From a virus, in the IMG/VR virus record IMGVR_UViG_3300025120_014869, positions 14,261 through 78,260 of that record: DNA of 64,000 nucleotides. One strand, 5' to 3'. The notes below the pieces were generated by a model. The model was not told the origin of the DNA and made no database searches. It saw nothing but the letters and a program-made list of their open reading frames with translations. A program made the position numbers and the translations under genes. Shown piece after piece: positions 18,964 through 28,212 of this stretch; the first letter of the stretch is position 1, and every line of letters begins with the position of its first letter.

Positions 18964-19344
18964 ATGGCAGATAAAAAATATATTACATTCATTGATAGTG
19001 TCGGTAGAGCTATTTTTGGCGTTAATACTTCAGAAAATGATGAAAGTATTACCGTACAAAATCCAGTTATGATTACCGTACAACAGCAAGAGCAAGGTCA
19101 AATGGCAGTACAGCTATTTCCTTTATTTTTTCAGGAATTTGTAGTTCCTGATGAAGACGGTAAACGTTATAATAATTTCGATTTTAAAAAAGCAACTATG
19201 GCAGTAGCCAGTGATTTAAATATTGAACCAAGAATTATTGAACAGTATGAGCGAATTGTTAATCCTCAACTAGCACCAGCTGCTACTCAAGATAATAATT
19301 CAGGGGGAGATAAAGAGGTAATCAATTTATTTGATGATGAATAA
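18964..19344 (+). CDS. Hypothetical protein (possible Sm-like fold)
   Basis: Own TTGAAT/TAAAAT promoter and downstream terminator; beta-rich N-terminus. Confidence 0.7.
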   Translation: MADKKYITFIDSVGRAIFGVNTSENDESITVQNPVMITVQQQEQGQMAVQLFPLFFQEFVVPDEDGKRYNNFDFKKATMAVASDLNIEPRIIEQYERIVNPQLAPAATQDNNSGGDKEVINLFDDE

Positions 19345-19367
19345 TATGAATTAAAAATATATTTTTT

Positions 19368-19396
19368 AAATACCACTTTCGAGTGGTATTTTTTTT
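19368..19396 (+). terminator. Rho-independent terminator with UUCG loop
   Basis: aaataccact-ttcg-agtggtattt followed by T run. Confidence 0.85.
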
Positions 19397-19417
19397 GTTA
19401 TAATATATAATTAAAGT

Positions 19418-20518
19418 ATGAGTAAAGAAATTGATGATGTGTTATCTGTAATAGATAAAAGTAATCCGTATGCTTCCTTTTTAAATGAAAGTGCTCTTAG
19501 CAACGTTGATGGTTGGTTAGATACCGGGTCCATGGTACTGAATGGTATAGTATCAGGTTCACTTTTTGGAGGTATACCTAAAAATAGAATGACCCTTTTA
19601 GCTGGACCTAGCATGACTGGTAAGAGTTTTATCTTACAGAAGATATTAGCTAATGCGCAGAAAGAAGGTATTACACCTGTTATATTTGATAGTGAAAATG
19701 CTATTGATAAAGAAGGTGCTGCTGCATTAGGTTTAGATGTAAGTAAAGTAAAATATGTACCTGTTTTTAGTATTGAAGAATGTCGTAATACTATTTTTGA
19801 CTTCCTTACTAAAGTTAAAGAAAAAGGTCAAGAAGGTAAGTTTATTATAGCTATTGATTCGTTAGGTAATATGGAGAGTCAATTGCAGATTAATCGTCAG
19901 ACAAAAGGTAATGTAAGTGCTGATATGGGTAGTAGAGCTAAAGCTATGAAATCTTTACTACGTACTCTTACCCAATTATCTGGGTTAACTAAAACTACTA
20001 TTCTAGCTACTAATCATATCTATGAAGACCCTGCCGCATTATTTCCATCATTAGTTAAAGCAATGCCTGGAGGTACTGCTACTGTTTATCTACCTTCAGT
20101 TACTATTCAGTTAGCTCGTAAGCCTGTTAAAGAAGATAAAAATACTGATGGTAAGTTAGCTGTTGGTCAAAAGAACTATTCAGGTGTTATATTAAGAGCG
20201 TTAACTGTAAAAAATAGATTTGTAAAGCAATACTTGCAAGGTGAAATGTATCTATCATTTGATAAAGGTCTTAATAAGTATTACGGTTTATTAGACTTAG
20301 CAGTAGGTTTAGGTGCTGTTATTCAGACCGGTTCTACTTATCAATTACCTGATGAAACAAAATTAGGTTATTATTCAAAATGGAAAGATAATACGGAACT
20401 GTGGGATAATACTATTATACCTGTTATAGAAGAAAAGATTAAACAAGAATGGAAATATAGTAATAAATCAGAGGAAGAAGAATTAATACCTGATGAAGTA
20501 GATCATGAAGAAGAATAA
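19418..20518 (+). CDS. uvsX: RecA-like recombinase UvsX
   Basis: DTGSMVLN, GPSMTGKS, DSENA, IDSLG, DMGSRAK, TNHIY, KNRF. Confidence 0.92.
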   Translation: MSKEIDDVLSVIDKSNPYASFLNESALSNVDGWLDTGSMVLNGIVSGSLFGGIPKNRMTLLAGPSMTGKSFILQKILANAQKEGITPVIFDSENAIDKEGAAALGLDVSKVKYVPVFSIEECRNTIFDFLTKVKEKGQEGKFIIAIDSLGNMESQLQINRQTKGNVSADMGSRAKAMKSLLRTLTQLSGLTKTTILATNHIYEDPAALFPSLVKAMPGGTATVYLPSVTIQLARKPVKEDKNTDGKLAVGQKNYSGVILRALTVKNRFVKQYLQGEMYLSFDKGLNKYYGLLDLAVGLGAVIQTGSTYQLPDETKLGYYSKWKDNTELWDNTIIPVIEEKIKQEWKYSNKSEEEELIPDEVDHEEE

Positions 20519-21254
20519 AATAGTAATAACGTTAAGCGGTGGAATGGACTCTGCAGTTCTTTTATATAAAGCTGCAGAAGAATATAATGAAGTACATACT
20601 GTTACTTTTGATTACGGTCAAAGGCATCATAGAGAATTAATTTCTGCAGAGAAGCAACTCTTAAATGTTCGTCATGATTTTCCTAATGTAGTTTTTACTA
20701 ATAAAATATTAGATGCAAAATATATTAAAAATATAGCACCGGTATCATCTCTTACTAATGATGATATTGATACCCCTAATGTTAAGGATGTGATGGGTGA
20801 AGCTCAGCCGAAAAGCTATGTACCTTTTCGTAACTTAATGTTTTTAAGTATCTTATTATCATATGCTGAAGCTTTAAAAGCAGAGGAAGTTTGGTACGGT
20901 GCAGCAGAAGCTGATAGTTTAGCTGGTTACTGGGATGGCTCCGTTCAGTTTGTTGATAAAATGAATCAAATATGTTTATTAAACCGGGAAGTCGATGTAA
21001 GAGTTAGAGCTCCTCTCTTAGAAATGAGTAAGAAGGAAATTATTTTAAATGGTATTGAATTAGGTGTTAATTTTGCTGATACTTATACCTGTTATTCCGG
21101 AGAATATCCTTGTGATGCTGAATCAGCAAGTAGTGCATTAAGACTTAAAGGGTTTGTAGATGCAGGTTTTAGAGATCCTTTAGTATATAAACAGCAGGAT
21201 AAGCTTAATAAAGTTTACGATAGTAGCAATTGTAAGAATATAGTTACTGACTAG
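20505..21254 (+). CDS. queC: 7-cyano-7-deazaguanine synthase QueC (divergent)
   Basis: LSGGMDS, FDYGQRH, YVPFRN, TYTCY; YPDC and C-terminal Cys motifs altered. Confidence 0.88.
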   Translation: MKKNKIVITLSGGMDSAVLLYKAAEEYNEVHTVTFDYGQRHHRELISAEKQLLNVRHDFPNVVFTNKILDAKYIKNIAPVSSLTNDDIDTPNVKDVMGEAQPKSYVPFRNLMFLSILLSYAEALKAEEVWYGAAEADSLAGYWDGSVQFVDKMNQICLLNREVDVRVRAPLLEMSKKEIILNGIELGVNFADTYTCYSGEYPCDAESASSALRLKGFVDAGFRDPLVYKQQDKLNKVYDSSNCKNIVTD

Positions 21255-22525
21255 TAACCGTGTCTAAACATTCTTTCAATTTGATGATGCCTATGCATCT
21301 CATTTCTACCTCTTTCAATCATATCTATATTAATTTGTTGAGGTGATAATGCAATTTCTTCATTATCTTCTTCAGATTCTGATTCTACTTCATCATTATA
21401 TACTTTCATAAGACTTTTATAAGTTTCAGGTGATTTACTATGCAAATCTTTTAAAACTTTTTTAGCTTCTTCTTCTTTACCTTTTTTAAGTAATTCGTAA
21501 AATGTATCGTGTAAATCAATTACTTCATTATCTTCTTCTTCATCACAAGTTTCTTCATCACTTTTTCTTAATTTACCTGTAACTGGGCATCTTTCTGCAT
21601 CTTCTTCTTGATCTTCATCTGAATCATCTTTTTCTTCAGATTTTTCCATTGCATCAGCAATAGCTTGACCTCTATTTTTTTCATACTCTGAAAGTTCACC
21701 GTCATTATCAAGATCTGATTTTTCTTTATCTATTTCAGCATCTTCTTCATGACTATGACCACCAATAGGTTGATCAGGGTCTATAGATTCATCTCCAAAC
21801 ATTGTAGCTAATTCACGAGGATCCATTCTTTCGTCATTATAAACGTTACCTGGATAATCTTCTTCACCTTCTGGAAAGTCTGCTACTAATTTTTCTCTGG
21901 TACCCATGTCTATCTCTCCACCAAACTTATCAACCGTTTCTGTTTCACTTGGTTTAACAATAACAACTGATACGATGTCTTTTTTATCAATATCATCTAA
22001 ATTGATTTTGGTACCTTTGAAATTATTAAGAGTTACTCTGTATTTTAAACCATCTTTTACAATTGAATAAAGATCATTATCACCAACATCTCCTTCTGAT
22101 CTTAATACAGCATCATCACCTAAATTAAGTTGTAATGTTTCGAAACCTGTATCACCTCTTTTAAGATCACTTTCGGCAGCTCCTTTTTCTCTAGTAGTAA
22201 TTTTAATATCACCTCTTGTAGCTAAAGGTTTAGATACGTTAGAAACGATATTAATAGCTTGTTGAACATCATCATCAGAAAGACTTTCAATATCTAACTC
22301 AGGATTTTGCTTTTGCAAAAATCTAATTACTTTAGTAGCAAAATATCTTGGTGTCATTGTACCTTTTAAATTTCTTATATCTTGCATACCCATTAATTTT
22401 GCTCTCAATGGATCTGATATTTTCTTACCCCTTGCTTCTTCAACAACGTCGTAATCTTGACCCATCATATAATTAGATGTATCTTCAACAATAATCTTTT
22501 TTTCTTTCCAGTTATCTAAACTCAT
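21251..22525 (-). CDS. Large acidic late protein (putative prohead core/internal protein)
   Basis: TAAATA-N5-ATG; repeated EEDAE/EEDNE; EF-hand-like DLDNDGELSEYE. Confidence 0.75.
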   Translation of the reverse strand: MSLDNWKEKKIIVEDTSNYMMGQDYDVVEEARGKKISDPLRAKLMGMQDIRNLKGTMTPRYFATKVIRFLQKQNPELDIESLSDDDVQQAINIVSNVSKPLATRGDIKITTREKGAAESDLKRGDTGFETLQLNLGDDAVLRSEGDVGDNDLYSIVKDGLKYRVTLNNFKGTKINLDDIDKKDIVSVVIVKPSETETVDKFGGEIDMGTREKLVADFPEGEEDYPGNVYNDERMDPRELATMFGDESIDPDQPIGGHSHEEDAEIDKEKSDLDNDGELSEYEKNRGQAIADAMEKSEEKDDSDEDQEEDAERCPVTGKLRKSDEETCDEEEDNEVIDLHDTFYELLKKGKEEEAKKVLKDLHSKSPETYKSLMKVYNDEVESESEEDNEEIALSPQQINIDMIERGRNEMHRHHQIERMFRHGY

Positions 22526-22569
22526 AATATTATTTATTGAATTTTGATAATTTTATACTATAATAAGTT

Positions 22570-23241
22570 ATGTGCGGAATATTTTGTAGTAATGATCTTA
22601 ATACGTTTGAAGTATTAGAACAAGCAAATAGAAAAAGAGGTAACTTTTCTACAGGAATATTTTATATGTATAATACGTCTACATATAAAATTATCAAAAA
22701 GGAAGGCGGGTTTAATTTTGATGATAATACTCTACCACATGGCAAAGGGTTTTTATATCTTGGGCATAATCAAGCTCCTACTCAAACAGGTAGACAATGG
22801 GAAGATGTTAATTCTCATCCCTTTTCATATGGTGATTGGTTTGTAGCTCATAATGGAGTTATAACTAATTTTGATGAATTAGTAGATAATCATTCTAAAT
22901 TTCATACCAATCCTGTAGATTCTAGTATTATACCAGGTTTATTAGACGAATTTGAATATGCTAAAGGACCTTGTGAAAACCCAAAAGATGAACAAAAATT
23001 GATAAAAAGAGTATTAGAAAAATTAGAAGGTACATTTGCTGTTTGGATTGTTAATATTAAAACTATGAATGTTTATATAGCAAGACAAGGTAGTACTTTG
23101 TTTTATAAAGGAAGTAATATATCATCTGTTAAAGGTAAGCATTATAGAGAAGTGAAAGAAGGTATATTATATAGTTACTCTTATGAAGGTTTAACTAAAG
23201 TTAATACTTTCAAGAATAAATCACCATTTTTAACGTTATGA
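22570..23241 (+). CDS. Class II (Ntn) glutamine amidotransferase
   Basis: N-terminal MCGIF, SHPF, AHNGVITN, VDS, LEGTFA. Confidence 0.88.
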   Translation: MCGIFCSNDLNTFEVLEQANRKRGNFSTGIFYMYNTSTYKIIKKEGGFNFDDNTLPHGKGFLYLGHNQAPTQTGRQWEDVNSHPFSYGDWFVAHNGVITNFDELVDNHSKFHTNPVDSSIIPGLLDEFEYAKGPCENPKDEQKLIKRVLEKLEGTFAVWIVNIKTMNVYIARQGSTLFYKGSNISSVKGKHYREVKEGILYSYSYEGLTKVNTFKNKSPFLTL

Positions 23242-23729
23242 ATATAAGACAAGCAAAATTAAAAAATTTACAAGAAATAGAAAAAATACATTTTATGCAT
23301 TTTGTGTATAAAAATACTGATTCATTTATAATGAATACATTCGGCCATGTATGGTCTAGTAGAGATTGGTGGAATAAATTTCCTATACAAGTATGTTTAG
23401 ATGAAAATAATAAAGTTTTAGGATTACATGCATATACAGTTAATGATAAAAAACCTAAAACTCTTAAAACGTATTATATAGTAACTGAAAAAAATACAAG
23501 AGGTAAAGGTATTGCAAGAATACTAATAACAAATGCTATTATCGAAAATAAAGATAAGGTAGATAATTACTATGTTAATACTGATAAGAATAGTGATGGA
23601 GCTTTATTTTATTTGAAATGGTTAGGTAATAATTTTAAGAAAGAAAAGAATGATTTTAATTCAGAAGATATGATCTTCGAGGAACCGATTTATAATATAA
23701 TAGATGAAGAAGCTAAAGACGACAGGTAA
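23238..23729 (+). CDS. GNAT-family acyltransferase
   Basis: YIVTEKNTRGKGIARIL acyl-CoA motif A; ALFY motif B. Confidence 0.8.
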   Translation: MNIRQAKLKNLQEIEKIHFMHFVYKNTDSFIMNTFGHVWSSRDWWNKFPIQVCLDENNKVLGLHAYTVNDKKPKTLKTYYIVTEKNTRGKGIARILITNAIIENKDKVDNYYVNTDKNSDGALFYLKWLGNNFKKEKNDFNSEDMIFEEPIYNIIDEEAKDDR

Positions 23730-24042
23730 ACCGCGTCAGTTTGATACTGGTGCTCAAAGAGATGCTGCAGATGATAAACTTCGTATGAGTTTAGTCCCTC
23801 ATAAAGCTCTTAATGATGTTATGATGAGATACTTGCAAGGTGCTAATACTTACGGAGAAAATAATTGGAAAAAAGGTATGAAGCATTCTATACTATATGA
23901 TAGTACTATGAGACATTTAATGCAAGACTTTACAGGAGATGATAGTGAAGATCATTTAGGAGCTGCATTATGGAATGTTATGGGTATGATATGGAATAGA
24001 GATAATCGAAAAGATATGGATGATAGGAAAGATTATGAGTAA
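23704..24042 (+). CDS. dATP/dGTP diphosphohydrolase-domain protein (DUF5664-like)
   Basis: RQFDTGAQRD...K.RMSLVP...GA..YGENNWKKG...RHL...EDHLGAALWN. Confidence 0.8.
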   Translation: MKKLKTTGKPRQFDTGAQRDAADDKLRMSLVPHKALNDVMMRYLQGANTYGENNWKKGMKHSILYDSTMRHLMQDFTGDDSEDHLGAALWNVMGMIWNRDNRKDMDDRKDYE

Positions 24043-24700
24043 AATTTTAATAGCTGGTACAGGTAAAGGTAAAAAAGAGAACATGCCTTTATATAAATCT
24101 TTTAATGAACGTAATTTTAAAAACGCTGACATTAAAATTAAAGAAAATAATACGCAAAGTTTACAGAAAGTATATAACAATTTTTTGGCATACGCGAGAG
24201 ATAATGGCTATAGTTATCTCATTCTTATTCATGATGATGTTTATATTAATTGCGATGATCTTGAGCATAGGGTCTATAAAAGTGGTGAGAAATATCCTGT
24301 TTTCGGTCTTGCTGGTACTAATACTTGTCGTCTCGATGGTCATGGCCTATGGCACTTAATGGGTGATCAATCAAACTTAAGAGGGTGTGTAGCTCATGGT
24401 AACCCAGATAAATATCATTATACTTCTTTCGGACCTATACCTGATAGAGTTATTTTAATTGATGGAGTTTTAATTGGTATAAATCTAGAAAAGTTTTCTG
24501 ATAAGGTTAAATGGGATGAAAGTTATCCGTCAAGATTTCACTATTATGATCTTGATTTTTGTTTAGAGTGTAATCATAATAAGGTAGCAGTAGGTGTAGT
24601 GGATATACCTATCATTCATGAAAGCCCTGGTTTAACAAGTCCTAATGAAGAATTTTATAAAGGTAAAGAATATTTTAGAAATAAATGGAACAATCGATAA
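24035..24700 (+). CDS. GT-A fold glycosyltransferase-like protein
   Basis: SLQKVYN, LIHDDV, GLAG, IDGVLI, FHYYDLDFCL, IIHES; start reassigned to ATG 24035. Confidence 0.8.
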   Translation: MSKILIAGTGKGKKENMPLYKSFNERNFKNADIKIKENNTQSLQKVYNNFLAYARDNGYSYLILIHDDVYINCDDLEHRVYKSGEKYPVFGLAGTNTCRLDGHGLWHLMGDQSNLRGCVAHGNPDKYHYTSFGPIPDRVILIDGVLIGINLEKFSDKVKWDESYPSRFHYYDLDFCLECNHNKVAVGVVDIPIIHESPGLTSPNEEFYKGKEYFRNKWNNR

Positions 24701-26025
24701 GTAGATTAAATTTAGATTATTATGAAGAAGTAATAATTTATAAGAGTTTAACAAATGAGCAATATTTAGGGAAAATTATTGATCATTTAAAACCTGAGTA
24801 TTTTAATAATAAGAATATTAAACAGATCTTTACTTTAATTAAAGATTTCTATATTAAACGTTCTACGTTACCTACTGTAACTGAAATTAAATCTTATCTT
24901 ATTAACGATGAATTAAAATCTAGTTTTTTGCAAGTAGTAAAGAATTTTGCTAATATAGATAAAAATTTTAATGATAAAGAATTAGAATCTAATACTGAAC
25001 GTTTTTTAAAAGAAAGGGCTATCTATAATACTATGCTTTCCGTTGCTGAGGATGTATCTTCAGGTAAAGTAGATACTAGTTATATTTTAGATAGTTTTGA
25101 AAAAAGCTGTAACGTTAATTTACAGAGTGAATATGGTTTAGATTTATTTGATGATATAGATGAATTAATTAAAGATCTTAATACTGAGCAACCTACTATA
25201 CCTAGTGGATGGGAGTTTTTAGATAAAAAGATAGATGGTGGGTTTATGGAGAATGGTAAAGCTTTATATGTATTCGCAGGTGAAACTAATGTTGGTAAAA
25301 GTATATTTTTAGGTAATATAGCTTGCAATATAGCAAGACAAGGTAAAACGGTTTTAGTTATTAGTTTAGAAATGCCTGAACTTGTATATGCTAAACGTTT
25401 ATCATCTAATATTACAAGAATACCTATGAGAGATTTAAGAGTAGAAAGTAAAAATCTAAGATTTCAAATAGATGCTCATAGTAAAGGTAATCCTGAAAGT
25501 AAAATACTTATTAAAGAGTTTCCTCCTAATACTGTAACTCCTCAAAATATTCAAGGTTATTTAACTGAATTAAAAAATAAAGGGATTGAATTAGATGCTA
25601 TAGTTTTAGATTACCTTAATCTATTAAAGAGCCATGAAGGTAGTAATTCATATGAAAGAATTAAACATATAACTGAAGATGTAAGAGCTTTAAGTTATGT
25701 ATTTGAATGCCCTATTATATCAGCTACTCAATTGAATCGATCTGGCTATGATGAAGAAAATCCTGGTTTAGATACTATATCTGAATCAATTGGAATGGCT
25801 GCTACTGCTGATTGTATTTTTAGTATTTTTCAAGATGAAGAAGATAAAGAACTTGGTATAGTTAAAATGGGTATTATGAAAAATCGATTCGGTGCTAACT
25901 TCGGAAATACATCTTTACGTATTGATTATGATACGTTAACAGTATCAGAAGATGAGATGTTAAACTCTGATTCAGGAGGTGATCTATCTGGTTTAACTGA
26001 TACGTTGAGCGTGTTGAGTAATTAG
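24685..26025 (+). CDS. gp41: Replicative DnaB-like helicase gp41
   Basis: GETNVGKS, SLEM, LDYLNL, SATQLNRSG, SESIG, KNRFG. Confidence 0.93.
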   Translation: MEQSISRLNLDYYEEVIIYKSLTNEQYLGKIIDHLKPEYFNNKNIKQIFTLIKDFYIKRSTLPTVTEIKSYLINDELKSSFLQVVKNFANIDKNFNDKELESNTERFLKERAIYNTMLSVAEDVSSGKVDTSYILDSFEKSCNVNLQSEYGLDLFDDIDELIKDLNTEQPTIPSGWEFLDKKIDGGFMENGKALYVFAGETNVGKSIFLGNIACNIARQGKTVLVISLEMPELVYAKRLSSNITRIPMRDLRVESKNLRFQIDAHSKGNPESKILIKEFPPNTVTPQNIQGYLTELKNKGIELDAIVLDYLNLLKSHEGSNSYERIKHITEDVRALSYVFECPIISATQLNRSGYDEENPGLDTISESIGMAATADCIFSIFQDEEDKELGIVKMGIMKNRFGANFGNTSLRIDYDTLTVSEDEMLNSDSGGDLSGLTDTLSVLSN

Positions 26026-26047
26026 AAAGAGGAACTAAATAAAATAA

Positions 26048-26440
26048 ATGTCTGATAGAGATAGTGTTATATACATAAAAAAATATATCGATGAATATAG
26101 TTCAGTAAAAGAATTCGTAAGTATCGATAAAATTTTTAGTGAAAATATAAAATTAGGTGATAAAGATTATGAAGTAGGTGGTGTATTTTTCAATGATAAC
26201 CCTAATTTAATAGCTAATTATATTTTTGATAACTATGACATTAAAATAGATATATTATTTTTAATAAATTTAGAGAAAAAAATAGTTATATTGCGTAAAA
26301 ATAAAAAAGTAGATATAGATTTAAGTAAATTAGCTAAACAATTATCTAAAGGTGGAGGAAAAACGTATATAGCCGGTTGCATATTAAATGATAAAATAAT
26401 AAACTTAACGAAATTATTAAAACCTTTACATGAGAAATAA
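26048..26440 (+). CDS. Stand-alone DHHA1-like domain protein
   Basis: VILRK...IDLSKLAKQLSKGGGKTYIAGC resembles DHHA1 GGGH..AAG. Confidence 0.5.
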   Translation: MSDRDSVIYIKKYIDEYSSVKEFVSIDKIFSENIKLGDKDYEVGGVFFNDNPNLIANYIFDNYDIKIDILFLINLEKKIVILRKNKKVDIDLSKLAKQLSKGGGKTYIAGCILNDKIINLTKLLKPLHEK

Positions 26441-26714
26441 CATACCATTCGATAATATACAAGATGAAGAGTTTCAAAAAAGTTTTTATTCTTTTTGCAC
26501 TTTCGTATCTTTAATGCATGATAAAAAAATGAATTTCGCTACAATTTTTTTAAAAATATTAGAAAATAAAGCATTAAGAGATATCTTTGTTAGCATAATA
26601 GACGAAGAAAATGAATTTAATGCAATTAAAAAATATGTCATCACTGAACCCTCAATAACAAAAAGTAAATACGTAACTAAATTTTTGAACAAATTTGATG
26701 GATTAAATGACTGA
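26430..26714 (+). CDS. Hypothetical protein
   Basis: Overlapping, co-oriented ORF in replication operon. Confidence 0.65.
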   Translation: MRNNIPFDNIQDEEFQKSFYSFCTFVSLMHDKKMNFATIFLKILENKALRDIFVSIIDEENEFNAIKKYVITEPSITKSKYVTKFLNKFDGLND

Positions 26715-27330
26715 TTTTGAAAAACTAATTTATAACCATTTTCTAGAAGTAAGTAAAAAGGTAAATAATAAACCGGTAAGATATAGAAAAGATTTTTCTA
26801 ATTTTAGTGATGAAGATTATATTTACGTTAATAAGCTTTCAAGATTTTTTAATAAATTTAAAAATATTAATATAAAAGACTTCTTTGAAGCTCCTTATTT
26901 TGTATATAATGAAAACTACTTTAGTTTAAAGTTTTATCTTTCACCTAAAGCTATTAAAGCCTATACAAATTATAGTGATAATTATATTTTAAATAATCCG
27001 GATAGTATTCAAACATTACAAAAGTTAAAAGATTCTATTACCTTTATCTACGAGTATTGTAAAAAAAATAATTTAAAAGTTATCGATTATTTGAAATATA
27101 AAGAAGGAAGCTATAATGTATTCTTAAAGCATATTAAAGAAAGAAATGTTAATTTTTTTATATTGTTTAGTTTTAGAGATTTTTCAGATGTAACTGATAA
27201 AATTGAAAATGATATAAAAGATATCTATAGTAGCAATTTTTCTAAAGTTAATTATATACGTACAAAATATTATGCAAGCTCTAAAGCAAAAAAAATTATT
27301 AATAATTTTAAAAAATATATTGAAAACTAA
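26707..27330 (+). CDS. Hypothetical protein, possible gp59-like helicase loader
   Basis: Size, basic/aromatic helical composition and position just upstream of gp32; no diagnostic motif. Confidence 0.4.
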   Translation: MTDFEKLIYNHFLEVSKKVNNKPVRYRKDFSNFSDEDYIYVNKLSRFFNKFKNINIKDFFEAPYFVYNENYFSLKFYLSPKAIKAYTNYSDNYILNNPDSIQTLQKLKDSITFIYEYCKKNNLKVIDYLKYKEGSYNVFLKHIKERNVNFFILFSFRDFSDVTDKIENDIKDIYSSNFSKVNYIRTKYYASSKAKKIINNFKKYIEN

Positions 27331-27348
27331 GAGGAACGTATCTATAAT
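27320..27348 (+). promoter_or_regulatory. Sigma70-like promoter with AGGAAC element (gp32)
   Basis: TTGAAA(27320)-N17-TATAAT(27343), AGGAAC at 27332; ATG 6 nt downstream. Confidence 0.7.
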
Positions 27349-27354
27349 AGTAGT

Positions 27355-28212
27355 ATGAGTATAACGAGTTCAATGTTTGATAGTATAAAGTCAGCCTTAG
27401 CAGCTGATAACGAGAGTAGTAAAAGTGGTATAGCCGATATCCTTAAAACTGAAGTAGGTAATACATATACAGTTAGATTACTACCCTTTGGTAAAGATCC
27501 GAAAAAGACGTTTTTTCATTTTTACCAGCATGGTTGGAATAGTTTTGCAACAGGTCAATATACAAGTGCCCTATCTTTGCAAACGTTTGGTGAAAGAGAT
27601 CCTATAGCTGAAGAAAGATTTAAGATCTTACGTACAGGTTCTGATGAAGAGAAAGAAAAAGCTAAAGCTATTATGAGATCAGAAAAATGGTTAGTTAATA
27701 TATATGTTGTTAATGATCCGGTTAATCCTGAAAATAATGGTAAGATTAAAGTATTAAGATATGGTAAGCAGATTCATAATATTATTATGGATGCGATTGA
27801 AGGTGAAGATTCAGCTGATTTCGGTCCTCGTATCTTTGATTTAGGTCCTAATGGAGTTAATTTTAGAGTTAAAGTTGAGAAGCAAGGTGATTATCCTACT
27901 TATGTTTCATCTAAGTTTGCAATGCCTAGTTCAATTGATGGATTAGATGAAGATGAAGATGCGCATAAGAAAGTGTATGATAATGTAATTGACTTAACTA
28001 CTGTATTTACAGCAAAAAGTTATGATGATTTAAAAACTATGTTAGATGAGCATTTTTACGTTGGTGATAATACTAAAGTAGAAGAAACTACAGTTAATGA
28101 AATAGTAAGCCAACCTGTTATTACTAATACCGCTCCTCCTGTTCAAGAAGAAAAGAAATCAGAAAGCGAAGATGAAGTATTGAAGGAATTACTTGATGGG
28201 TTAGATGTATAA
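27355..28212 (+). CDS. gp32: Single-stranded DNA-binding protein gp32
   Basis: VRLLP, NIYVVNDPVNPENNGKIKVLRYGKQI, GVNFRVK, Y.SSKF, acidic tail. Confidence 0.9.
   Translation: MSITSSMFDSIKSALAADNESSKSGIADILKTEVGNTYTVRLLPFGKDPKKTFFHFYQHGWNSFATGQYTSALSLQTFGERDPIAEERFKILRTGSDEEKEKAKAIMRSEKWLVNIYVVNDPVNPENNGKIKVLRYGKQIHNIIMDAIEGEDSADFGPRIFDLGPNGVNFRVKVEKQGDYPTYVSSKFAMPSSIDGLDEDEDAHKKVYDNVIDLTTVFTAKSYDDLKTMLDEHFYVGDNTKVEETTVNEIVSQPVITNTAPPVQEEKKSESEDEVLKELLDGLDV

Noticed and set aside
20505-23241. QatABCD anti-phage system
   Set aside because: QueC and amidotransferase are present but no QatA ATPase or TatD nuclease; context is a phage replication module
23704-24042. 2-aminoadenine (dZ) genome pathway
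   Set aside because: No PurZ in the window; neighbours point to deazaguanine chemistry
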